From contig CM082577.2 in assembly GCA_040954595.2 (NCBI GenBank), forward strand, positions 13,833,903 through 13,897,902: a stretch of 64,000 nt of DNA, given 5' to 3'. Below the pieces are notes generated by a model. That model ran no database searches and was not told the origin of the DNA. It saw nothing but the letters and a program-made list of their open reading frames with translations. The position numbers were made by a program, and so were the translations under genes. This DNA comes from Balanoglossus misakiensis (Eukaryota; Animalia; Hemichordata). Positions 50,555-61,419 of this stretch are shown here, piece after piece. The number at the start of each line of letters is the position of its first letter. Position 1 is the stretch's first letter.

Positions 50555-53500
50555 TACATACATACATACATACATACATACATACATACAGACAGACAGA
50601 CAGAAACATCCTACAAGATTACGGACGATACATACCAACCACTTTATGGTATTAAAATATTTTGTTTAAAAATGATGTGATGACCATCTTCATTTCAGGG
50701 TGTTAGTTATATGTTATATAACGACCAGCCGCCAAATGGCCACCCTAGCAATCATAACACAGGTCATGCAAAAGGTGGGTAGACGTTGATATCAACTACT
50801 TTTGGAAGCGTTGCTATCATGAAAATAGTTTCACGCTCGTTTTAAGACACTCGCCAATAGTCTGGCGAAACTTGATGTTTCACAACTACAGAGTAATTCG
50901 TAAAGCATACTTCCCTTCCCCCCCACCCCCCCCCCACCCCGGCAGACTACGGTATATAAGATAAGATGAAATGACATGACTTTTTTTCCTTTTTATACTG
51001 AAGTCATAACACTCAAATGAGGGTCCATCATCAGGAAACCGACGTCACATTTTGAAGACGTGATCGTTTTCGTTTTCTTTGATTGGCCCATATCACAACA
51101 CTCAAATGAAGGTCCATGTTGTTGCCAGGCGTAAATTCAATATTCGCGCCACCATGAGATTTAAATTTGGCGTTGACATCGACGTTTGTTCCGCTCGGCT
51201 CGGAGGGATACGGCCGCTATACGGAGAATCACTCGTCGGCGACGTAGAGACACTCGTTCGAAATACGGGGGAATAATATACAAAATGTCAACGTTGTCGT
51301 CCTGGTCGTTTCCTCTTCCCGGGTGACATGCCAATGTCAGAAACGTTAGGATTGTGTTATTATGAAAGGATATTGTTAAAATGTCTCTTAGCTTGTAGAA
51401 GACACGAGTTCAATTTACTGTACGTAGCTTATACGAAAGCGAACATGAAGTTGGTGAGTCAGGCCTTCTATGAGGATGTTCTTTTTTAGAACACTAGCTT
51501 AGTGTTTACTGTTTTTTATGGGCCGATATGGACCTGAATTAAAGGAATCCCCGATATTGTTATTTTTACTACTAGTACTATCCTCCAACTAAACAAAAAA
51601 CGTAATTTGTCCCATATACATGTAGGTATTGCAAAGAATGGGCGAGAAATCAAATATGTGTTGAAGTTCAGATTACTGCAGATCCGCCATCCATAGTTTG
51701 GCAACAGGAACATAAACACGATCTTCTATTCTTTACAGGTATACTGTTGTCTAATCAAGCAACAGGATTTTGGATTGTTCATTCATTACCTAGATTCCCT
51801 AATGACCCAAACCGTAAGAATGTTCACGAATGGCCCGCAAGTGGCTACAATTACGGGCAGATATTCCTGTGTGTAACTTATCCAGCTGCACATTTACGTG
51901 CCATACGTAAGTACACTAAAATTTATTTATATAATTTATCATGGTACAACATGTAAACATCAATCCAGCTCCTTCTAGTTCATGCGTACATGCGTACTGT
52001 ATAAGGACAGTGTTTTGTACCTTGATGTCATAATATCACAACCACAGACACAGAGAAAAGACAGACCCACAACGCTTTTGTCAAAAAAGTGTTAAGTAAC
52101 GGCTGTAGCCCTCAGGCTGCTGCTGGTCCGAAGATCCCCGAACGTATCCCTTTCGGCAATGTCCGGAATTTTCCCGATCATGCAACGAAAGTGTTTTCGT
52201 GAAAGTTTGCGTTGTTGTCAGTCAGCTGTAGACGGAAGCCAAGTGGACAGTGAAGATTTGAGGAAGTTTGAGCATCCGAGAGATGAGTTTGACCATTTTA
52301 ATAAAAAATTATGAATTTATATTAAGTGTGTTTGATCGTACGTACATTTGAAAAGGTTTTATCACCAATCTCCAATTTTTTTGGAATATATTCCGGTTCG
52401 CCGAATCGTGGTCTGTAAGCCTGCGTGGGTTGTAAGTGCATGTTAAAAAAACTTCTGACGTGCTTAAATTTGGTCGTCGTGAAGTAGTGTTTCAGTTGAG
52501 TCCTGAGTGCAAAGCTGTGTCAAGCAAGGTACTGTACGTAGCTGTCGATAATGACGCAACCGCAAAGTCTTCTGGTAAATCTCCGCGGTGTCTGACACAT
52601 TTGAAGCCTATTGGTTGCCGTTGTTTGCCGAGGCGGACAAGACAAGCCGCGTTCGAGTCTGTCTTTTCTATTTATTTGTGTCACAACTGACGCGCTGACT
52701 TTGGGAACGAGATGCAATCTCACTGGATCAGTTTGTCTTTCTTTTATCAGTCTCGCGTTTTGCAGAAGGCAAACTTGAAGAGGTCAATCTGTACTAATTC
52801 TCACTATTAATAACTGACAGTTGTATATATCCATTTTTTGTTGAATGATATCACTGCAGGAAACCAGGTCGAATTTTACAGGCCATTAACGTACAGCAGC
52901 AGGGACGTCCCCCCGACCACACAAGCTCCGCCCGTCGAGCCTGCGGCAAAACGTGCAAGGCTTTCAGTCTCTCTCATCGCCCCCGTCGCACAACCCACCG
53001 CCCCCGTCGCACAGCCGTTAAACTCAGCACGCTTCATTTCTATTGCTAAGAGACATAGAGAGAAAATCGGTAAGACTAACCAATTTATACTTACAGCAAC
53101 TGAACTGTACATTCCATGTTTTTATATGTCAAATACTGTCACCACGACATTACATTATTTCAAAGATCCATCCATCCATCCATCCATCCATCCATCCATC
53201 CACAAACACACACACACGCTTGTGTCCATATATTACATATACTAGTACATACATACATACATACATACATACATACATACATACATACATACATACATAC
53301 ATACATACATACATACATACATACATACATACATACATACATACATACATACATACATACATACGCACGCACGCGCGCGCGCACACACACACAGACATAC
53401 GCATGCACGCACAAACTGTACAGTTTCATGGATATGGTTTTCTTCTTTCTGTTCCCACAGATATATATTCATATCTAGCGAATCGATTTAGAATCGTGTC

Positions 53501-55206
53501 GATTAGGGCACAGACGTGGAGAAGCGGAAGTGGCGGAAAACTACCATCGTGCGATGGTCAAATGACAGCTGTCGATAGGTCATTTCAGGTGGAAAATATA
53601 GACGAATTGACATTCCCATTATCCCCATTAAATATCAGCTATTCGAGAACAAAGGATCATTCAAAGTGGGCAGTGTCCATGGACCGAAGCAGACCATGGG
53701 TATGCATAGGCGACCTCAACAGAATGGTAAGTGTACGTCTACAAATGCTTGAATCGGTGCAGTTAATTGACGCTGCATGTTACGAATATTAATCGTTCTT
53801 AAGTTCACACAACACCCCTTCCAGAGCTTACATTAGTAAGCACCACTACAATACTATCTTCAGGTTTACGACTATTTCCTTAATTGAGAATGTCGTCGTC
53901 TGTGGAACGACTGGATCTATGACAAAATACATGTTGCGACACGTCTTCACGAAATGGAAAACAATCACTGTCAAAATCAAGCTGCAAGTAGTAGAAAAGT
54001 AAAGTAACATATAAAGTAAATAAGTCTTAGGATTGCGTTATATACATGTGGGGAAAGCAATGTCATGCTTCATTCTGACCTCAAGTAAGACCAGATCACA
54101 TGATGGTACAACAGCCAGATTTGGCGCCTTTCCCCAGAATGCAGGATGTTAAATCTCCACAAATTTAGGTTGCTGACTTGTGGTTTGTGAACATTAATTA
54201 TATTGTACCGCCAACCTCCCAGGGGGTAGACACATATGCAACATTCACTTGTTTGGTGACCTCCTCATTAAAGGGGAAATCCGCTGTAGCTGATTTCTAC
54301 ATAATTTGGTAGCTTTGATGTCTCTCTTTCAGAAAAAAACATATTCGCCATGTATAGGTCGCGCGATTTTTTACAAAATGTAGGGAAAGTTGGCAGAATT
54401 TCCAATATGGCGTTTACTGTAATTTGAATCATGGGAAAAAAAGCGCCAGGACCAACTTCCGCCCACCTTGGTGTGGGTGATACCATTTTCCGATTGGTGT
54501 CACTGTGTCACAAGCTAAGCGTATTTGCATATTTTTCATGGGTTATAGCTCATGAAAACTGTCAATAGATGACAAATTGTCCTGGCGCTTTTTTTCCCAT
54601 GATTCAAATTACAGTAAACGCCATATTGCCAACTTTCCCTAGATTTTGTAAAAAATCGCGCGACCTATACATGGCGAATATGTTTTTTTCTGAAAGAGAG
54701 ACATCAAAGCTACCAAATTATGTAGAAATCAGCTACAGCGGATTTCCCCTTTAATTTCAAATTTCAAATTGAAGCCAAGAACCGTAAAGGCGACAGCTAA
54801 TAATTGTTAATATCAAAGAATGTTGTATGTTGAATGAACGATGTATTTTGCTATTGTCTTTTTGTGTTTTCAATCAAGTTGGCCGATAATTTATGTACTC
54901 GTAACTCAATGACGCTGGCAACCCAAAACATTAACCCATTTCAGCAAATCGTTTCAATTTCTCATCAATGATGCTTAAACTGGACATATGGATAAGTACC
55001 TTTTGTTGTGAGTTGTATATGAATATGTTTTCTTGATTTTCCATTTTTAGGAAAGTCAAAAACGTCGAGGAGGAGGGTTTCTCTGTATGAAAAATCGCTT
55101 AGACGTTTGGCAGCAATTTTGGGACATACCATCTAAGACGGAACAAGTACAATTGGATGAGTGTCAACGAAATACTTTCAGTAACTTAACCCACGAATTT
55201 AAGTAA
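48371..55206 (+). CDS. Deoxyribonuclease II family (plancitoxin/DNase2-like), 390 aa with signal peptide
   Basis: Exons 48371-48483, 49721-49904, 50699-50774, 51739-51906, 52860-53069, 53461-53726, 55051-55206 (1173 nt). Motifs SCKN..VDWFIVYKMP, YNDQPP, GHAKG, GFWIVHSLPRFP, YGQIFLC, DHSKWAVS, WVCIGDLNRMESQKRRGGG; both HxK catalytic motifs are intact. Confidence 0.95.
50445..50602. repeat. Compound microsatellite (GCAC)n(CA)n(CATA)n(GACA)n
   Basis: Read directly; DNase II intron 2. Confidence 0.95.
53166..53410. repeat. Compound microsatellite (CATC)n, (CATA)n, (CA)n
   Basis: Read directly; DNase II intron 5. Confidence 0.95.
54272..54750. mobile_element. Kolobok-like MITE, family B, internally deleted copy
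   Basis: Same TIRs and TTAA flanks as 25737-26355; deletion junction near 54578. Confidence 0.88.
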
Positions 55207-56158
55207 TGTTTGCGGTTAGGTACACATACAATAATATTTATTGAGGAGAGCCACTAATGCCCACATTTTCGAGTAAAGCTGATGTCTCCAAATATTGTTA
55301 CTCAAAATTGGTCATGTTTACGTTGTTCTGTATTTTAAGTAGGTTTTCTTCGTACATCGATCATTTCTGGTCCACACCATCAGTTGGAAATACACTATGC
55401 CAATTTTGAGAGGAACTTTTATTTAATAGGGAGACGCTCTAGGATATCAGTATAGAAATAGTGTGTTTTGCAAGGGGGGCTTAAAGGTATACAGTCTTTT
55501 CGCGTGTGCCACCCACTGAAAATCCGTGATTGGTTAGCTCTCAAGTTTACCATGGTAACTGTGGCAAAATTTCCATAGGGAAGCGTTTTAGTCCTTACCA
55601 TATCAACTGTTTAGTACATGGTCGGTACATTTATGACCATTATTTTACAAAATTTATCATTCGTGCAGGGCCGTGCGGGGATTCTCATACTATTTTGGTA
55701 CGGGGGGTATGCGGCCCAATGTAAAACAACAATCAAATCATATTCTTCTAATTAACAACTAATTTCTACAATTATAGCCCCCCTTGGGGCTAATCAAGCT
55801 GACCCTGTAATATACATATACATGTAAAGTCAATAATGTCAGTATCTCTTCTACGACCACACTCATATCTCATTTTTTGGTTTTATTTAATCAACAAAAT
55901 GATCACATTGGCAATAATAGCATAAAGAGAAATACAACAGGCGGTGTATTTTATGAAAATATTTAAACAGTCCTTATCTGGTTTATGGTAACAAAAAATA
56001 TTTTTTAGGTTGAGAGTGCACGATACATTGTTGTGATAAATTGTAAAATACAAACGAAACATTGATAAAAGACTATTAAGATGGAAAAAGTCATTGAGAC
56101 AAGCAACAGATATAATACTGGTAAAGTTACAATGCACTAAAAAACAAACATGCTTACA

Positions 56159-56846
56159 CGTCGTTTTCTGCTCTGTCAGAAATATATTTTTCTGGTTTTG
56201 TTCAGAGATCTAACGCTTTTTCAAAGTTTCAAAGTTATGTTTTTTAGGGTGAGGTCTAAAGACAGTTTTTTTATCAAACTCCATGCATGTATCAGAACAA
56301 TTGTAATAAAGTATTATTGAAATAAAGCTGTGTGGCAGCATAGCCACACACTGTAAGGATTGTGGTGTGGCCTGTTTATTGTTAAATAGCTCGAGAGAAG
56401 AGACAAAACACATTCAGCTCAAATTGTAACACACCATGCAGCGAGCCCTCGATCGTGATTCGTCAATACGCCGTCACGTGACATTAGTCATTTCGAACTG
56501 TTCCCTAGGGGATCATTTCGATCGGTTTCTGCCCGGTACTGTTGCCCCATCTTGATATAATATATGGAGATGAAGTGCACACGGGACGCGCGCAATGTGA
56601 TTAATGTGCGTGGGTGGTAACGAAGAACCAAGTTGAATGTGCGCCCTCGCAGGCCGAGCGAAGCTCTACGACACGAAACGGTGCTTCTCCCTTGCCTAAC
56701 GGTTGAGGGCGCGTCAGTGAAGAGCCTTGTAGCGAACCGTGGGCTGTGAGAGTGTGTACGTCGGTAGCTATTACTAGTACTGCTCATTTGGAGGTCGGGC
56801 TACTGCCGAAGGAGTGTGAAACAGCACCAAACAATGAGGCACCACT
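56159..56846 (+). pseudogene. Truncated duplicate of the DNase II upstream region and first codons
   Basis: Aligns by eye with 47950-48383 (CGTCGTTTTCTGCTCTG...CAGCACCAAACAATGRGGCAC). Homology ends just after the ATG at 56834, which opens only MRHHYMNIST*. Two extra segments relative to the functional copy. Confidence 0.75.
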
Positions 56847-57494
56847 ACATGAATATTTCAACATAAAATTAACTCTGATGTAGTTACATACGACATATGA
56901 ATGTCTGGCGTAATTTTCCAAATTAATGTTCATTTTTATTTCTATGATATTTTCTTTCTTTCAAAAACTGAATTTTTCGAGCCCTCACAAGCCGTGTAGG
57001 AAGTGAGCTGCTATTTTCTAGTAGTGTATGCCACATTTTCATTGGCATGACGGGAAAGTTCTATTAAAACTTTAGGACCTCACTTCACCCTGCTTCCTCA
57101 CTTAGTTATCAATGGATTAATCATATTCAAATATTTGAAGGGATTAAAAATAAATGCCGGCTTGCAACAAGCAGATGTGTAAAGTGTGTCAGTTACCAAG
57201 CACAAGGAAGTGTGAAATAACAAGACAGAACAGATTACCAAATTGACAAAGCCAAGTCGGGTAACAATTAGAGAAGTTTAAATGGAGGCTTCCCGTATTA
57301 AATGGTCAATTTATAATTAGTTTGGGGTGTGGTGCGTGACCCGCGCTGGCTGATGTTTTGATATCTAAATGTTCCGGGTTGGGGGATGCCACTCAAAATT
57401 CCTGTATTAGTGCGGGGGGAGGGGGGGGGAGTTAACTAGGGTTTCATAGGGGTCAAAAGGTAGTCTACCTCTTGAACCATGCAACTTTCTTATT

Positions 57495-57690
57495 TCCATG
57501 TGGTATCAATAGTACAGGAAGACCAAAGAAACTTTCACGAGAGAATAGACTTTGTATTTGTAATGGTGGCAGTACCGAAAACGAGTACCATTTCCTTTTG
57601 CATATATGTAAACTTTATAACGTTTTGAATTATCTCCCACCCCAGTACTCCACAAACCCGAATCTAGATAAATTTGTAACTTTGCTGTAG
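57495..57690 (+). mobile_element. 3' fragment of a non-LTR retrotransposon ORF2 (C-terminal Cys/His finger)
   Basis: Translates TGRPKKLSRENRLCICNGGSTENEYHFLLHICKLYN, resembling the GR...RLC..C....E.EYHFLL.C..Y tail of L2/Daphne/RTEX-type ORF2. Confidence 0.65.
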
Positions 57691-59619
57691 GGAACGCGTA
57701 GGCTTGGTCAACGCTTCCCGAAACCACAAGCTCAGTCCGAAATACGAAACTCACTTCACTACCAAAAACACGCTCAAGACAAGCATGCACGCAAAAAGTA
57801 TTGCAATTATTTATTAAGCATTGCAATTAAGTATGAAGTATTAAGTATTTATTAAGTATTAAGATTTAAAAACCACCAAGCGATTAGTGGGCTAGTCTAG
57901 CCTGAAAGTAAAATCTGGACACTCCATAGGGCCCACGTTTCAAAACAATTTGCTCGGTCCAATCAGTTTATGTCGAAATGGAACTACCATTCTTAAAATA
58001 AAATTTCCAAACGTGTTTCACCAAAGGGCGAGACGCTAAAAACGTTTATCTTAAAACAGGAACGATGGCGGATTTTGTTTCTTTGTAGCGAGAATGATGG
58101 AATACTTGGATGATTTTATCTGGCCGATTCTCAGAAGATATGTCACCACAAGAGGGCGCGATATGCCGACTACACTGTACTCGGGAAAGTTGTGAAAGAA
58201 TGAAAGCCAAAAGAAATTGTCCGCTCAATTGAATACAACGTAGGTAGTAAATACAAGACCCATCACCGTTTTGTTTTAAAGCAGTGGTGTGGTTACGCAT
58301 TTACGTACATTCAATGACAATGGTGTTTGCAAGAAAAAATCTACAAAATAACTCATTTTTTACTTTTATATTCCTAGAAAATCATGGAAGCATTTTGGAA
58401 GCATTTACATAATGTTCATCTTATTCGAAGGCACACAGGCATTGAACAACACGTTGTCCGCTCCATAAGCTCCAACTTTTCACTATGCGTTCAGTAATTT
58501 TGGTTTGATATGATAAAATACGCAGAATACTAGTATAGCTTATCAATACTTAATGTATGTGTATATTCATTATTATTATTGTGTAAAATTTGAATTCATG
58601 TCCCAACTAAAATTCATTTGTCAACAGTGATAACAATGGCCATTACTGTGGTACAGGCAATTTTAACGAGTGTAGTATTTGGTACTGTATTAGCGTGATG
58701 TTAGGAGTAAAGTTACATAAATTTCAATTTTTACACAGAATTAAAATACTGAAAATAAAGCTAAACGTTACAGATTTGGATCCGGTGGAATGCTTATGCA
58801 ATGTAAAAGTTTCATAATACCGGCGTAAAGGCGATTGGGTGCGTAGTGAGGGCTTTTCCTATGTAGTGTATTACTCTGTTGGAATGCGCCATTCGACTGA
58901 GACTGAGCTAATATTTATTATCTTATGATTTTGTCTAATTTTTTTTTCGGATAATATTGTCTCAGTTGTCTCATATGGGGGTCACACACACGGTTCTGAA
59001 GCGTCTCAGATCAGATACCGTCTTAAAAAAACACGTGTGGACGGTGGATAGTGGTTCTGAAACATCTTAGATTTGAGACGGCTTTGCTGGCCAGACCTGA
59101 TCCGGTGTAAGGATTAACACCTCTCCGCAACCCATTATCTATGGGGCCGAGCCTCAGCGCTTATAACACAAACTTTGTGTATGCAACATGTCTGTATGTG
59201 TAATTTGACAATGTGCGGCGCTTTGGAAGGCATATCATTGATGTCAGTACATCCACGGAAAGTTGATGGGTCATATGCATTGTTGTATGCCAGCCGGCAG
59301 TGACATGGTAAAGAATTTGAACAATCAAAAATAACCTTACGAGAGCGCTACGCAGTCTTGGAAGGCTGTTCCTGATTGGTGAGATTTCTGACAGCTCAAT
59401 CTGCAAGCTATCAACAACTGTATTCAGTTTGTTTCACCTGTTGTTATATCCTTAACACCTCCTTACAATGTCATTTGCATTTCTGTCTATTTAGCATATC
59501 GCTCACACTATTTGCATAACAATAAAACTCTGGCCGCGGATGTTCAGTTCGTTTATCGTTCCCATTTCCTATACACGCTCCAATTCTCTCTCCGCTATTT
59601 ATACATTCGCCAGCTTTAG

Positions 59620-59945
59620 ATAGATTTTTTTCTCGATTTTTTTTCTTAGTTTAGGTTTATTTATTTTATTACTTAGTTTAGATTATTAGTTATAGTTAGG
59701 TATAGTGTTAGTATAGTATTTATTTATTTTATTAGTTTCTGGTAGTATTTAGTTGTAGTATTAATTTCTGGTAGTATTTAGTTATAGTATAGTAATTAGT
59801 TATAGTATCACTATTAGTTTTTGTTAGTAATTATTTATAGTGTTAGTTCTTGTTAGTGTTTAGTGTTAGTTCCTGTTTAGAGTGTTAGTTCTTGTTAGTG
59901 TTTAGTGTGTTAGTTCTTGTTAGTGTTAGTTCAGGTATTAGTTTT
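59620..59945. repeat. Strand-biased TTAG-rich low-complexity/minisatellite tract
   Basis: Nearly C-free plus strand with recurring AGTGTTAGTTCTTGTT and TTTCTGGTAGTATTTAGTT units. Confidence 0.8.
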
Positions 59946-60993
59946 CCCCGCTTTTGCCGACCCTATGCCGAAGGATTGTAGTAAGTATAACTTTTATTGT
60001 TACTGATTTTTTCGTTGTGTTTGCGTGCAACTTTCCTTAGGTTGCTGCGCCATTGTTCCGGCCTGTATCATGTGTTTTCGTTTGCGGTATAGGGCCAACA
60101 TCCGTCTTGTACCAAGAGAAACCATAAGCAAGAAAGTTGTATAGAAAGAATGACAGTGATTTTTGTAGCGACAATTTGCTATGTTTTCTGCTTGAGTTAG
60201 GCCTAGGCGGACGTGTTGCAGTAATGGCAACTGGGCGTCTTCGAAATTGTGTGCAGCGAGACTGGGCCAAAACTACAAAAAAATACCGAGTCAAACCAAA
60301 ACAATACACGGTACAAAGCAGGAAGTCGGACCAATTGGCATCATAAGATTGTCAAGTTTTTTTTACCCTAAAAGGCCCACGTCTGTAATGTATTAACTCT
60401 GGTGTCGACAGTAGAACTAGGGCCTAATTATATGGCCTAAAACATTAGCGTCGAATGCAATCGAAAGTAAACAAAGTATTGAGCTATACCGTTACCCCTT
60501 GAATAGATTCACGTGGACAGCAGTCAATTTGCCAAATTTTTAGACAATTGAGCGAAATTCACTTTTCTGCTAACCACGTTTGAATATTTATGCCCTCGCT
60601 GATCATTAGGCTATTTATTTTTTATTTACTGTCTATACTTTAGGGCCGTTTTTCACTACACTGAATGATGTCGGAACTCAGCGAGTGCCCTCGAGCGATA
60701 GGTTTTCCAGTCTTTTCTGCCAGGTGTTTGATTTGTAATTTTCTGGAGTTGAACACCGGTCGTGCAACAAGCTGCAATGACTGTGTGGTGTAGTTTGTTT
60801 GACTTGTAGCCTTTCCTACTCGGACTGTATTTTGCAGGCACATATGTTAAACTCTGGCATCTATCAGTGCAGGCCCACGTTCCCGTCCGCAGTTCATTTT
60901 CAAGAATATTTTTATAGTACAGTATTATATTATAGCCAGAACACACCCTTTAACGGCGATGACCTTTGACCTGTCAAAAAACACTCTTGAGCG

Positions 60994-61419
60994 TAGTCTC
61001 GGTTACCCAGAGCCCTCTGCTTCTTCCGTTAGGCACTCCAGAAAGAGGGTCTGGGGAAACCCGGTAGACAAACCGTCAGGCGGAATCGGGACAGCTGCGA
61101 TGCATGACGGGAGATTAATATTCCAAAATGGCGACGTCCTGCGCGCGAACCCACGGCCGACATGTATGACATACGATAAAGAAAACATGCTGAGAAGTGC
61201 TAGACCTGCTAAAACTGTATACAAATTGAAAAGAGAGAGAGAAGTTCGGTAAATAGTTTTCTAATATCGACATATCATAATATCGTATCGAATATTAATC
61301 TCCCGTCATGCATCGCAGCTGTCCCGATTCCGCCTGACGGTTTGTCTACCGGGTTTCCCCAGACCCTCTTTCTGGAGTGCCTAACGGAAGAAGCAGAGGG
61401 CTCTGGGTAACCGAGACTA
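60994..61419. mobile_element. MITE with perfect 130-bp TIRs and 9-bp TSD (AcademH- or MULE-like)
   Basis: 60994-61123 is the exact reverse complement of 61290-61419; TSD TCTTGAGCG at 60985-60993 and 61420-61428; termini TAG...CTA. Confidence 0.9.

Noticed and set aside
50250-53478. HTYI/MYVC-repeat ORFs, including the N-terminal part of the 249-aa ORF at 53043
   Set aside because: Microsatellite translations; only 53461-53726 of that ORF is a real DNase II exon.
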